The notes under the pieces were generated by a model, which saw nothing but the letters and a program-made list of their open reading frames with translations, made no database searches and had not been told where the DNA came from. The position numbers and the translations under genes were made by a program. From positions 146,345 through 210,344 of the forward strand of contig NMRA01000270.1 in the NCBI GenBank assembly GCA_002633005.1: 64,000 nt of DNA, read 5' to 3'. The DNA is from Phoronis australis (lineage: Eukaryota; Animalia; Phoronida). Below are positions 52,201-64,000 of the stretch, piece after piece (the stretch's first letter is position 1; each line of letters starts with the position of its first letter).

Positions 52201-53690
52201 TCCACTGGGATAAGTGCCTGAAGATATGTACTCGATGAAGCATTTTTCAGCTGACGTTCTACTTTGGTTTTCGACATTTTCATGCGATTCATAGGGTACA
52301 ATATGAGGAATATGTCAGATATTTTTGTTATACCTTGCGTACTGACTTGTTTACGGGCAAGTTGTGAGGCATCTTGGTATCCTTAACTAGCCATGTCATC
52401 CATGCCGTTGTTTTTCTATGTATGTATGTACCTTCCTTTTTCGCCAAATTTTACTTAAAAAGACATGCTAACGTGACCCAACCAATCACATATTGGTATA
52501 AATTAATAATCAAATTGTGCAGGCTTGCTACTTTCAAAAAGTACACGATTTTCTGAGGTAAATTCTACAGTTTTCTAGATATTAGAATATTAAACACGTG
52601 ACTTGTCGATAAGGTCCTACGTAACCTCAGTTTTACTGGAATAGAAGTCAAGGAATCGGTGATTTCAAATGAAATCTCGAAAAACACGGATTTTGTTTTA
52701 TAGTTCAAGTTAAAGCCAATAACTTTCCTGCAAACAACAAAACCTGTTTTGAGTCTCTTTAAGGTACCTTACATAGGCTCGAAACTCCATAGCCAGCGCC
52801 AGCAACATATTGTAAGTTCACGGAACACATTCCGAAATTCACCATTCCTAAAGTTTATTCGCATGGGTACTGTCAGCTACGCCCGAGCAGTCTGTCAAGT
52901 TTTCTGTGGAACTACTGCTGTCTTGCCGAGATTCCATTACGCCACAATCTATTATTCATAGTTCACTCTTATCTACTTACACAACGTAGGTGTGCTAGGT
53001 TTTGAGCGCACATGCGTCACTTATGACATAGCACCTGACGGGAAGATTACATAGAACATAACTGTTTTTTGACTGTTTTAGAGAGAACGCTGCTTTAGTT
53101 ATTCAAAACAGAACCGAGACGATTCACATTCTGTCTATACAGCAGTTGGTCGAGCTAACTTCAGGCAGTGACACATGCGCGCACCCAGCTTAAAATATGG
53201 GGGACTCGATTTTTTGAGAATGTGGACCTTTGACTAAATAAAAATTACTAGGTACGCTCAGAGCAGTGAATCGTGCGTTCGCCGAATTTTGGTAGTTCCT
53301 GCCCTTTTAGTGGTTTTTTGTCCAGTTTACTCTGACTTTTTGTTTCACTGCGGCGGACCTTTTTGCCCACTTCGCCAAATGTGGGGGTGCCCCCAAGCCT
53401 CCCCTGGGTACGCGCATGTGACATGACTATGGCCCATCACTAATTGGGATTCATTGTTTGCCCATTGTTACACCCCATATGCACGTGTCTTCCAGCCAGC
53501 TCTTTGCGTCGCAGAGGCTCAATTCCTTACTTTATAGAGGCATACTTGTAGATGCAGGGACCGTCTTGGGATGGGTACAACCAGGTAGTGGGGCGAAGGT
53601 AGTGTCCTGGGCTGCACTTACCTCGAGGCTGTAACTTTTCTGAAAGGCTAGCCTCCTCGCTGCTGTATCAGAGTCCGTAGACGCGTTCAT
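34079..53690 (-). CDS. TH: Tyrosine hydroxylase (tyrosine 3-monooxygenase), complete 11-exon gene, 523 aa
   Basis: Manually spliced exons 53690-53622, 44968-44711, 41247-41067, 40752-40664, 39669-39602, 38998-38948, 38254-38109, 37693-37558, 36940-36814, 35589-35360, 34295-34079 sum to 1572 nt, all GT-AG, phases consistent. Hydroxylase motifs: [12 protein letters not shown] (two iron His), SYGEL (iron Glu), [21 protein letters not shown]-specific features: KSYSLE...[12 protein letters not shown]-terminus and YQDEDYQ (Asp matching the TH D425 specificity residue). Confidence 0.96.
35065..35337. mobile_element. ~270-bp TTAA-flanked interspersed repeat (second copy ~60502-60771)
   Basis: Both copies begin ttaa|aagg.taccaaacccggttttggcctattaacagat and stay collinear throughout. 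Confidence 0.65.
35360..35589 (-). CDS. TH: TH exon 10 ([10 protein letters not shown]...[24 protein letters not shown])
   Basis: Acceptor ttttccag|TTA, donor AG|gtagtc, 230 nt; contains the iron-binding Glu. Confidence 0.96.
36047..36224. mobile_element. CATGCGCGCACCCAG-terminus MITE, copy 2 (TH intron 9)
   Basis: TIR plus 5-bp TSD TCATT. Confidence 0.75.
36814..36940 (-). CDS. TH: TH exon 9 ([42 protein letters not shown])
   Basis: Acceptor ttccag|A, donor ACG|gtatgg, 127 nt; contains both iron-binding His. Not in the ORF track in this frame. Confidence 0.96.
37558..37693 (-). CDS. TH: TH exon 8 ([19 protein letters not shown]...HSPEP)
   Basis: Acceptor gtttcag|GA, donor CC|gtacgt, 136 nt; pterin-binding region. 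Confidence 0.96.
38109..38254 (-). CDS. TH: TH exon 7 ([16 protein letters not shown]...[12 protein letters not shown])
   Basis: Acceptor gtttcag|G, donor A|gtgcgt, 146 nt; THAC and [10 protein letters not shown] motifs. Confidence 0.95.
38948..38998 (-). CDS. TH: TH exon 6 ([17 protein letters not shown])
   Basis: Acceptor tttttcag|G, donor TG|gtatgt, 51 nt; G.PIPRV.Y..E..TW motif. Confidence 0.94.
39602..39669 (-). CDS. TH: TH exon 5 ([22 protein letters not shown])
   Basis: Acceptor ttccaacag|GGG, donor CA|gtaagt, 68 nt; GF.D..YR.RR motif. Confidence 0.95.
40664..40752 (-). CDS. TH: TH exon 4 ([30 protein letters not shown])
   Basis: Acceptor tttcag|AC, donor CCT|gtaagt, 89 nt; WFP..ISELD and PDLD.HP motifs. 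Confidence 0.95.
41067..41247 (-). CDS. TH: TH exon 3 ([14 protein letters not shown]...KEKEQVK), ACT domain
   Basis: Acceptor ccttgcag|AAT, donor G|gtacga, 181 nt; HIESR motif. Confidence 0.92.
44711..44968 (-). CDS. TH: TH exon 2 ([16 protein letters not shown]...LARPLKTFE), regulatory N-terminus and start of ACT domain
   Basis: Acceptor tttgcag|CAC, donor GAG|gtcagt, 258 nt. RRSL is the Ser40-like PKA site. Confidence 0.93.
46263..46402. repeat. Minisatellite, ~58-bp unit, about 2.4 copies
   Basis: Repeated cagccga...atgggcagtgttga...ctctc.agc. Confidence 0.65.
47484..47652. mobile_element. CATGCGCGCACCCAG-terminus MITE, copy 3 (TH intron 1)
   Basis: TIR plus 6-bp TSD GCTCTC; opposite orientation to copies 1 and 2. 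Confidence 0.75.
53174..53418. mobile_element. CATGCGCGCACCCAG-terminus MITE, copy 4 (TH intron 1)
   Basis: TIR plus 5-bp TSD TGACA. Confidence 0.75.
53622..53690 (-). CDS. TH: TH exon 1 ([23 protein letters not shown])
   Basis: accATG start, 69 nt, donor GAG|gtaagt, phase 0. The KSYSxE motif is typical of invertebrate TH N-termini and joins in frame to [13 protein letters not shown]. Not in the ORF track. Confidence 0.9.
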
Positions 53691-53757
53691 GGTTCGCTTT
53701 TTCTCGTGCGGGTTTAAGGCAGAGGTTGTACTGTTTACGACAAGAGCAGGTAAGAGC

Positions 53758-53840
53758 GAATGAGTGCTGCTGCTTGTACAGCGGTGTTCACTTTATGAAT
53801 AATGTCAAGACGTGAATCCGCGCTCGTCAGCCAATCAGAC
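53758..53840 (-). promoter_or_regulatory. Putative TH core promoter
   Basis: In transcription order: inverted CCAAT box (53831-53835), CRE half-site TGACG (53825-53829), CACGTC (53809-53814), TATA-like CATAAAG (53791-53797), Inr-like TCATTC (53758-53763), about 70 nt upstream of the ATG. Confidence 0.55.
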
Positions 53841-54737
53841 TTCTTCTTTAAATGGTGGGACTGATATATCACTTTATTGATAATTTCACGGAAATTAATG
53901 GAACTAGTATTTATGAGTGAATAAAAGTATACTTAGATGGTTATGACGTTTGATCAATCAATACGCCACATTATGCCTTCGACGAGTAAATAGACGGTGC
54001 TGTTTACACTCGCAGTTCTTCAATTATTAGCGCGGCAAGGACGTTATCGAATTCTAGCATCAGAACAACAGTAAAATGACCCTTTCTACTTAACTTTAAA
54101 TGTTACATATTTGAAAATTTAATAAGAAAATTAGCCACGTCAACCCTGAAGCGCGGATCGATCGGCATAGATTCGTTAAGTAATGTATCAAAATGGGGGA
54201 ACGGTATACCAACAGTTATCGGCGTTTCATTTAGACACCACTTTTCATGTGTCGAAAATCCATGTGACGTAACTATAACATCGTGTGTAGTATGGGTCCG
54301 ATTACTTCACGTCATGTAGTTACTTGATTATCAAACTTCCGATTTGTGTTTTAAACTTTTTACGTTGAGCAAGATAATAAGGGAAATAGATATTAAAACC
54401 AACTGCTTTTATAAATAAGTTTGTATTTGATGTGGCATTTACGCGGGAAATGAGCAAAAAATGAAAAACTAGGTACATCAAAATTGACTAAATGTTTTGA
54501 TATATTGTTTGTTGACACAGCATTGCTAGCACCGCGCCTACAGTGCTAATAGAAAATGGGCGTTGGTCGTTAAAATGGTTTTCACAATATCTCGACATTG
54601 CTTTTTCGTCCAGTTTTGATAAATAATTACTCAGTATTATGCAGTAGTAGGTTGAGATAAACATAAAACTGCATCATAGTCGGTAAATATTGACAGAATT
54701 TCCAGATCAGAACTCCTTTTCATATTCGTGTTTGATT

Positions 54738-54990
54738 TATTATTATTATTGTTATGGTTATTGTTATAGTTATGGTTATTGCTATTGTCATTATAATAAT
54801 TATTGTTAGTGTTAGTGTTAATAGGGTTATTATTGCTGTTTTTATTGTTATTATTATTATTATTATTATTGCTGTTATTATTATCATTATCATCATCATC
54901 ATCATCATCATCATTATTATCATTATTATTACTATTATTATCACTATTTTTGCTGTTATTATTGGTATTGGTATTATTATTTTTGATATT
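54738..54990. repeat. (ATT/ATC)n trinucleotide microsatellite
   Basis: Seen directly; produces the poly-I/poly-L/poly-M ORFs. Confidence 0.95.
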
Positions 54991-55445
54991 GTTCTCATTA
55001 AACAGAAATTAAAACAAAGTTGCATTGTCTTGGTCCGACAATTGATCCGTGCAACAGTCTCAACTAAACTCATGACAGTTTTGTATTTGACAGTGTTCAT
55101 GGTGAAGACCTCTGAGACACACGAAAATGACATGGTATTGCAAGGTTTAAATTTTGTAACGGGTGTAACCACTTATATGTTTTCATTTGAAGGGACATTA
55201 TCGCTTTTACGTCCGGAAAAAAAACGCAACCGTGGAATTCTTATTGGACGGAGTAGATCAATGAGTAGACTTAGCTGTTGGCTCATAAAGATTGTTGACA
55301 TATGTGTCAATTGGTTTTTCAACTAATTGTTGGGTTGCCGGGGGAAAGATGAAACATTTGACAAAATCTTTGTGGCTGTGCAATTTTCTATGAACTGTCT
55401 TGATTGACGACTATGATTGCGGGGAGGGGGCTAAAACAAGCCACC

Positions 55446-55588
55446 CGCGTTCAGTAACGCTAGGACCTCGCTAAAAAACAAAACTTCGTGAAACTACGTG
55501 AGATATGGTCGTGTATTCTAAATGAGAACACCCGACTTTGGTTAGATTTTAGCTAAGTCCTAGCGTAGGTCCTGGCGTTGACGCACGC
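55446..55588. mobile_element. Short interspersed MITE, second copy of the 30931-31081 family
   Basis: Shares aacgctaggac...ttttagctaagtcctagcgtaggtcct with 30931-31081. Confidence 0.55.
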
Positions 55589-56830
55589 CAGCATAGACAT
55601 GACCGTCGAGTAAAGAAGTTAGTCACGTGACAGAGACTAAGTTCGCCCATGTGCAGTGGTATAAAAAGCTGCAAAACTTGCCATTTATATTAACAACCCG
55701 GTGCGTGACGTCGAATTCCTAGTCGTCTTGCTTACCGCCGCTACGTGGGGGAGAGGCCGCGCAATTGTCACCGTCTCGGTTATGCAAGCCCCACGCAACT
55801 CTAAACCTGTTAATATTTTCTGACCTTCTCACGGACTCGAGTGCGATGAATGTTACAGATAGGCTATCCAATTGAGAGTTATTGATCTCAGTTTTAGTTA
55901 TTTCCGAAATTTACACCCACATGACGAACAAACAAGCCTGCGCACGCATGCTTGTAACCTACGCATGCTCACTTTGTTTTCAGATAAAATATTTGAGATC
56001 AATAACGAAGTCAGCATTCCACTTAACTCACCGAATTTATGAGCTATTAATAGACATGTACTGTAGGTCACAATTATTTTGTTGCAATAGAAAATTCAAA
56101 CCATACCCGCCTTTTCTTAAAGCAATTGATGAAACCTACATTCCTTTGTTTCGGTTTAAGTAAAAAACAAAAATGAAAAATAAGGGACATCTTTTAAGCA
56201 GTAACACCTATAAGTAGTGGTTTGATTAGTAAGAGGGTCTCGTATTTCTGTACATAGTTTGAATTGCCATTTAGGCCTAATAACATCTGTCCTAATGTTT
56301 ACCGAAAGGAAGTCTAGATCCCACTGCCCCCAGTATTGCACGTCTCATCACGGTTAGCCTCCGAGAAAACCCAACGATGCACATTACTTCCTCATCTACA
56401 CGAGAAATTAATTTCCTTGTGTATTGGTTTGGGGAGCAATCCTCCGAAATGCTAGTTATGTGTATTGCCTCACAGCTATTGTAAGGCAGGTCAAACAGAA
56501 ACTAACACACCAAATTCAGAAAATTTCGGTTCAAAATGTAAGTCAGAAATCTAGCTAATTTTTATTAAAAATTTCAACTAAAATAAAAGTAATTCTGAAA
56601 TCTCTACATTTGATGTACTCCGGGAATATTTTTTTCCAAAACCTGTCTCCTCGAATGACTACTTATTGTTAATTTAGCATGATTTAGAGCGATGACGCAA
56701 CTCGTGCTTCTTGAGGGCAGTTGAATCAGCCCATTTGACCAGCTAAAATCTACCACGAGTAAATTTAATTCTTGCATCACTCTGAACACATTGAAGTCGT
56801 GAATTGTCAAATATAATGAACGGTTATGGC

Positions 56831-56910
56831 GAGGCAGTGTCCCAGTCTGACAGGTGCCCACTTTCTGTACTCGAGCTAGGTCGTGGATTCGAGTCCCACA
56901 TTGCCACACT
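56831..56910 (+). mobile_element. Degenerate tRNA-derived SINE head
   Basis: A-box-like TGTCCCAGTCTG and B-box-like GGATTCGAGTCCC with tRNA-like spacing; no clean cloverleaf. Confidence 0.4.
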
Positions 56911-57574
56911 GCTAAAATCTTGGGTTCCGTTTCTAGTTCCTCAGCTCGGTTTTAGATATGTATTAGTAAAGCACAAAAATGGTTCCAGCTGATCAGCGCA
57001 ATGGGTCCAACGTGTTCCAGACCGCCTGCCATTATTTTTTATAAAACGGTTAGGCCATTATCCGAACTTCGTCTACGTCACGAACAACACCCGTACATAT
57101 GGGTGTTCTTTTCGTAACTCTGGTACCTGCGACGGGTACACTCTACTATGCGTATACCAGCGTATGCTGAAAACTACTACTATCGGCCATTAGTTTGCTG
57201 TTCCTCTAGCGGCGACGCAGTATGGTACGAAAATGCTACTTCATGTACCACTTGACATGCTTGCGTGTTTTTGAGTGTTGCTAAATCAGTGCCAGTCCAA
57301 TGCATACAGAACAATAAAATACCGTTGGAGAAAGACGTGACGGTGCAACTATGTTTCGAGAACAATGTTAGCGCCTGTTCATGTCAGGAACAGCACATTG
57401 AAAAGATCACGTGTCTGTGCCACGATCCTGACATGCGCACACTGAGTAAGAAATCGGAGTCTGCGTTTGACCACTATTAGAAAAGTTTGGAAGTGTTGCG
57501 CAACCCAGCCTAGGTTAAATCATGGGCGTCGCAGCATTGAAAAAAGTGGGGGGCTAAAGCCCCCTCAGCCCCCC

Positions 57575-57754
57575 NNNNNNNNNNNNNNNNNNNNNNNNNN
57601 NNNNNNNNNNNNNNNNNNNNNNNNNNNNNNNNNNNNNNNNNNNNNNNNNNNNNNNNNNNNNNNNNNNNNNNNNNNNNNNNNNNNNNNNNNNNNNNNNNNN
57701 NNNNNNNNNNNNNNNNNNNNNNNNNNNNNNNNNNNNNNNNNNNNNNNNNNNNNN
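57575..57754. other. Assembly gap inside a poly-C-rich MITE-like element (~57521-57792)
   Basis: N run flanked by C tracts; CATGGG...CCCATG ends. Confidence 0.8.
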
Positions 57755-58931
57755 CCCCCCCCCCCCCAGCCCCCTATGGTGCCCCACCCATGGCAAGTCG
57801 TATGGTGGTCCCAACCACAATATTCGAAGGAATTTGTCTGCGCAATCCTTGAAAACGGCATGCCGACGGCGTTTATTTATTTGTTTCTGTCGTATCCGTA
57901 GGGGGTTGAATTGGGCCCCTGAGACCCCCCCCCGAGTCCATCTATGAAAAGTGCATAAATGCAAAAGACGACATTGCTAAAGAACAATTTTTGATTTTTT
58001 TTCAATTTTATAATGTTTCTTATGTAAGTTCACCTTTGTTGTAACATTACCGTGAAATTATTTAAATACGTATTTTCGAAAAGGGAAGAAGTCAAATGTC
58101 ATTTCAAATAAAAGCTCAACGTAAAAGATGGAATTTTCATGCAATAAAACGATCGTCAAACTACCACCATCAACTGATAAGCAGAGTAATTTGCACAAGA
58201 AATTCGAATATAATGGAAGTGTTAAATCGTGTAAGCCTACAAATTCTAGAGTTTTACATCGTCATTACACTTCACCTCGCTTACCCGTAGTGAAGTGGCT
58301 GATTCATTCGGAAATGTCACAAGTCGAATACTTGTGAAGCACAAAATAACGTCTGAAAATAGTCACGTATAACTTACATTTCATCGGAAATAAATGAGTA
58401 AGCGAACTTGGAATTAGAAAAGCTTATCATGGATGAAATTCTACATCATTGGCTTATAAATTTTAATGTGTCAGACAACGAGGACTGTCAGAGGTCACAA
58501 CGCAAATCGACAAGGGCCTCGGCAGGCTCGAAAATGCTAGGTAGAATACTTGAAAAGATAAAAATAAGTTGTTCGCGGATATGTTCTTTGCGTCTTCGTC
58601 ATTGATGGATGATGGCGGTTTTCTATTGATGCCAACAGTTACAAGCCTGGTGATTGATTTTTGATGCATATATCTTGGTTAAAACAACCATAAAACCTAC
58701 ATGAAAACGAAAATTGACACTCGTTAAAAGGAACGGTTGTTTAAAGCTCGATCGCTTGTAAAACGAATTCCCGAGTGTATAAAGGTTGGTAAACCTTCCG
58801 ATGTCGTGATTAAACACGAGATCACCTTGATGAGTAATATTTGAAAACATTCGGACACCCAGGTCGCACGTAAGGTAGCATGTAGTCCAGGAGAGATGAG
58901 AACTCTCAAAGAAACGGTGAAGAAAGTTAGA

Positions 58932-59095
58932 ATTATCATTCTCGTTATCATCGTCGTCATCGTCACCGCCAGCTTTACCATCACCTCCATCGTCACCATA
59001 ATCATCACCACCATCATCATCACCACCACCATCGTCATCACCATCTTCTTCTTCTTTTCTTCTACTTATCCTTCATTAACATCATCATCATCGTC
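58932..59095. repeat. (ATC/ACC/TTC)n low-complexity repeat
   Basis: Seen directly. Confidence 0.9.
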
Positions 59096-60501
59096 TGTAA
59101 TATCAATATTATAATTGTGAATATTAAGATCCATGTCATTTTCATATTAATACCACCCCCATTTGGTATTACCTGCCAGTAACACTAAAACTACTACCAA
59201 GAATAACAGCATTACTACAGCGTAACAAGAGGAATTTATTGCAGAGTCAAGTTTATTTCAGTATTTAGTTCAGCATTCAGTTTAGTAATTCAAAATGAAC
59301 GCCATACAGAGTCCCCGACGAACAAATAATCAAAAGCAAACAACCATTCAGCTGGTATGGATATGATTCATTTTTAATTCCCATAATGTCGTGCTTCAGT
59401 AGAGATGTTGCAAATATCACCATCGCATATAGACGCGAAATTACGCACATGCAGAAATGTGCGAAATTATTATTCCTTTTCAAATAATCTTTTAAGATTG
59501 TGACAATTTCAAGTTAAAACATGAAATTGTCACAATTGGAGCAATTTTTAACACATCTAGTATGATCAACGGGACTACTTTCATGACCCGGAGGTCTATA
59601 TTTATGAAAATAATTCTTGATTGGAAGGATACCGTTATCAGCATCGGCATGCAATTGGAAGCGTCGGCCATGAATGGGAACAACGGACACAAATATTGGG
59701 GAAGGCGTACCTTCATATAGGAAGGACGCACCCAAAACTGGGAGGGGCCATCGAATCCAAAAATAGGAAGGACGCATGAAATGAGGGAGATATTGAAGCA
59801 GCGTCTTTGTAAGATTTATCTGCACGTCATCTGAGTTTGCCATGTTTGTCAACTTATGAAGTGTGCCTAGGCCCCCTGTGCTTCCCATTACGTCTTGACC
59901 CGCATGTACTATGTGAGGTGACCTCGTCGGCACTATTTCAGAAATAAACTAGCGCACTACCGTAAGCAAATCTGAACGAACTGTCAAGATATCAGTTACT
60001 TCCAGTAATCACTCGTTAAAAATATTACATCCTGGAGCATTGCTTTAGTAACTACGAATTGTCCGCTGGCGCATAGGTGTATTTAAGTTAAATGTAAAAC
60101 TATGAGAATCAGGTACCTAGAATTTTATGCTGGGGTATTTTTTATCTTTCTCATTAATAAATTCATTAAATGGAAATGTTTGTTCAGCAAAGATACTTAA
60201 TCCCCAGCGGTCATTACGTTGTATAAATATGCAGTTTACCTGCCGGTTTATCACAAACGTTTCAAGAAAATATTGATGACATTAAACACGTTTTATTCAT
60301 TTATCCGGGTAGCATCAGTTTCGGTAGCGTCGACAACTGTTCATAATAATTCTGGTGTGTTTTAAATTTCTAAAAAAGAAGCCGGACGTCGTGCGTGATT
60401 GAGATGAGAGAAAGAGATGAAGGCGGAAAAGGGCAGAAAACTAGGATGCTTTGGACAAAGTTAACTTTATCCGTCTTTGTACGCCTCTTTTCGCATATTA
60501 A

Positions 60502-60771
60502 AAGGGTACCAAACCCGGTTTTGGCCTATTAACAGATTTTAAAAACAACTACTTCTCGAGTGAAACAAAATAATGTTTCGTAACCCTCGACAAAATTCAA
60601 ATGTTTCGAGCAAAATTTGAAAAATTCTTGAAAATTTTGTTAAACGAGCAAACCTGACCTACGCTTTAGGCGAATTACTCGAAATATGTAGGGAAAGAGC
60701 TGGAACTACCAAGAATCATAATATCCTGTCTGTGACAAAGAAAGTAGGAATTTTTATTTTGAAACCTGCTT
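60502..60771. mobile_element. Second copy of the 35065-35337 repeat
   Basis: Direct sequence similarity to 35065-35337. Confidence 0.65.
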
Positions 60772-63700
60772 TTATCATTCAGTGGCGCGCCAGTAGTGCA
60801 TTAGCAGGTGTCAGAACGTGTATTAGTTGAAATCACCAAAACGAGGCTTCGTATCCTTTTACCATGCAAGAAAACAAACTGGACAATGGTTCGTTAGATA
60901 AAAAACACAAATTGCTTTTACAAAAATAACCTTCGTACGGTACGTGTTTGTTAAAGAATCAAGACATTTTTACAAAATAAGGATACGCACCATTACATTT
61001 TACAAACGTGCGTGAGAGTCACTTTTGTGTGAAATGATTTCTGGTGCTTTGTCAAAAATCGAACTTTCAGCGCACCTTGGAAAAACGTTTTTACCATGAA
61101 AAGTACGGATCTCGGTTGCTACCTTCCTTACGTTTTTTTTTTCGTTATTCCATCTCTCTACATGGCACGAATTTTGCGACCGGTTAATTTGCGAATGTCT
61201 ACGAAAGATACTTCCAATATTTTTCGAAAATCATCGATTTTTGTCAAGGCACGGCGAGCGATGCTCAAAAACATTGATGCACCTTGCAGAAGTTTCCGAT
61301 GGTCGTCACTTCCGGTCAGTTCTTGCATAAGTATCCTTTACTTTCTCGAGAAACGTATATTTACTGCGTCTCGTCTATCGCTAGGCCTCCCTCGTCCATT
61401 GCCTCAAAGCAGTAACGGTAGGAGTAGTGTCGTCAATTTCACAATCCTCTTCGCACTGCTTTCTTACGAAGATTTTTTCGCTTTCTTTGGACGCATCCTT
61501 GTTCTCCAATGTTCGTCAGACAGGAGAACGGTAGCCATCTTGGTTGCTAGATTTAAGCGCATAACATCTACACTCACACTTCTACACCAACTACTATGCA
61601 GTCAGCTACGTTCGCAGATGTGTCTTTTTATCAAAGACAACATTTGGAAAGTAGTTTATTCAGTAATAAACGAATATCGGTGAGGATTCGGCCAAAGGAA
61701 ATGCATTTTTTGAAAGAGCGGCAAAGGTTTTGCAAAGCCTGCCCTGTGAGCTTTGGGAATTTGGATTTAAAACTAACAATTTCGTTAAGTTCCTTGGTAA
61801 AGTTTCATGGAACCTTGGAGCTATTCTGAACTAATTATTGAGTATTGGGCAATATATTTCTATAAATGCTTTTTTAAAAGATTTGGCAACCTTTTTCGAC
61901 TTGAGAGTCGGAGACGCATAACAATCAGATTCCAAGGTTTGTCCAACATTAGAAAGACCTAGAATTGACACCAATTTTTCTTCGCAAAAATTCACAAACC
62001 GTTTTTGGGTATAAAATGAGGGAAACGTAGTGTGACAGCAACAAAATGAATCAGATATTTATGGTGTTTGATTATTACGTAATGGTATCAATTGCCACAT
62101 GAGTGTGTAATTAAAGAGCAAAGCTATCATACTACTCAGTATGTCTACACAGCATTATTCTCGACTCGCATGAAAAGGTATCAAGCGCGGCAGCCTTTCG
62201 CCCCACGGTTTGGCGATAGACTATTGCCAAGGAAGATAAAGCGCACACATGAATTTTGTAAGACTTGCCCAGCAAACTGGTTGAAAGATCCATTTGTTAA
62301 ATACGTGTTTTTGTAGTGTACATTGGTTTCACAGTCAGTATCCTAAATTTAATGCAGCTTTCTTCCCCAACGTATAAATCTTGACTTGTCAACGAAAACA
62401 TATGAGAAATGGAGTATTTTCTGCATTCATTTTCCACTGCGTAATTTTGTTTTTGTGAACTTTAGAAAGTGAAAAATATCATTAACTTGAAAGCAGAGTC
62501 AGAAAAAGTAATTTTCCAACGCAGCGGTGCTAAGGAATTCATTGAAAATCGAAATACTCTTGCAGCACATACATTTGATTCTGCCTTGAGCCGTTAAGCC
62601 ATGGATTATAGGTTTTCCTAAAATTGGGAGTTCAAACGTTTCACTTTCTCCACAAATAATTTTCCTTCCTGTGCAAAAAATCTAGGACGTGCGTGAACTC
62701 ACATTTTCCAGTTTATTTCAGTGTCATAAAATGAGTGTGATTTATAAACTGGTAGTTAATTTCCGCCAATTTCCTGCCCATACTGAGTCAACACTGTTCC
62801 CAGTCTACAGTGCTTCGACACAATAGTATCGCATGCAGTCATCGTTCGTATGCTAGTAAGGTATGATAATCATATGTCATTATAATAGCAGCGTGCCTGG
62901 TCAATAACGCGTCTTGTTCACCTCCAACGCCGCCACACCCTGGAGGCCATACTGAGCGCGTGTACTAAACTACGAGTTAGAAAAAACAACTACAACAAAA
63001 TATTCACTGTTCAAATTAATAATTTGGGCGTCCATAATCTGGAAAGCAGTGAGTTGAGTAAAAGACGTTATTTGAAGCCTCGTTTCAATTGAAATTGTCG
63101 CGGTAAAACTGCTCTGGCGACGTTCGAATATTACGGAGATTAATTCTGAAGCGTGAAAGGCAAACTGAATCGACAAGAGAATCGGGGAAGCAACTATCAA
63201 CTAAACAAAGCGTGAAATTCAAGAGTCTGTACGTCTGTTAAATCTTGTGAAAAATCGATTTTTAGTACACATGTACGATAGTGTAGGGGCTGAGCAAAAA
63301 AAGCACAGTCTCTGGAAAGCTAAAGACCGCGTAGATAGGCTAAGTTACTTTTGTGGAACAGTGGTACACCATGTTCGCGCAAAAGCTTTCAATCATGAAG
63401 TCAGGCTCTACTTCCGTTTGCAGTCTTACCACCAGCGAATATGACAATTCGTGGAATTCAACACTATCTATGTAAGCACCTCTAAGGTTCATGCAAATCT
63501 GGGTATTCATTATATCACGGGTTTGGTGTCTTCTGGTCCAGGACAGGGGACCGTAGCTGGATTCTAGAGGTGCTATCGTGGAATCGTTTCCACCCCTTGG
63601 TATGTAAGCAGCGAAATCATTACGGCAGACAGTTGTTCAGCCAATTAGTAATAGGCAATGTGATTTCTAGATGCATGGGGTGATGTCTTGTGAATTGAGT

Positions 63701-64000
63701 GTCATTATGTAGAACCTTTCATACTAACTTGACTCCGGTATTAATGGAGCGTGGATGTAAACTGTGAAGTGAATTGAACAGTTCATACCAGCTTCGGTCT
63801 CGAAGTAAACGATAGGTGACGCTGTCGTCATCGAAGTCATCGCAAGGTAGAACTGGTGCATGCCATGCACGCAAAGATTTTTTAAGAGACAATTTGAGAA
63901 CATTTACATCTGGTAATTGACATAAAATTTATTTATGGCAAACAGTCTGGTCAGCACGCCACCTGTGGCCCCATCACGAGACCTAATGAATGAGTCAGGA

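Noticed and set aside
34079-53690. Alternative identity as phenylalanine or tryptophan hydroxylase
   Set aside because: The RRSLIEDA N-terminus, the YQD specificity Asp and the 51/146 exon split all indicate TH.
54720-55326. Long hydrophobic ORFs (150-190 aa)
   Set aside because: Translations of an ATT/ATC microsatellite.
56831-56910. Functional tRNA gene
   Set aside because: Degenerate A/B boxes and no convincing cloverleaf; better explained as a SINE head.
57467-57964. ORFs of 98-144 aa
   Set aside because: Open only because of the N gap.
61096-61683. 195-aa ORF, longest in the track
   Set aside because: No recognisable domain or splice context; probably a chance ORF in repeat-like sequence.

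Overview
Eukaryotic (animal) genomic DNA, AT-rich, from a draft assembly with N gaps. Protein and repeat style suggest a marine invertebrate bilaterian, possibly a non-vertebrate deuterostome (inference only). The main gene is a complete 11-exon tyrosine hydroxylase (TH) on the minus strand: CDS 53690->34079, all introns GT-AG with compatible phases, 1572 nt, 523 aa. Downstream of TH on the same strand is the 5' end of a second gene. It has a CpG-rich promoter at ~23.4 kb and leader exons at ~23375-23250, 20648-20397 and 17789-17677. These exons carry several uORFs, including a spliced 36-aa uORF (MPIAKHLQSMGLAIWTRLPTHSLYLMKVVRKSVSAK) that resembles, from memory, the conserved PRL/PTP4A uORF peptide; no main ORF was found in the window. 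The remainder is intron/intergenic DNA with many non-autonomous DNA transposons: Kolobok-like TTAA elements (one with THAP and KolX-like remnants), pogo-like TA MITEs and hAT-like MITEs. It also holds a Penelope-like GIY-YIG remnant with a minimal hammerhead-ribozyme motif, simple repeats and two gap-flanking duplications that are probably assembly artefacts. Most ORFs in the supplied track are spurious.
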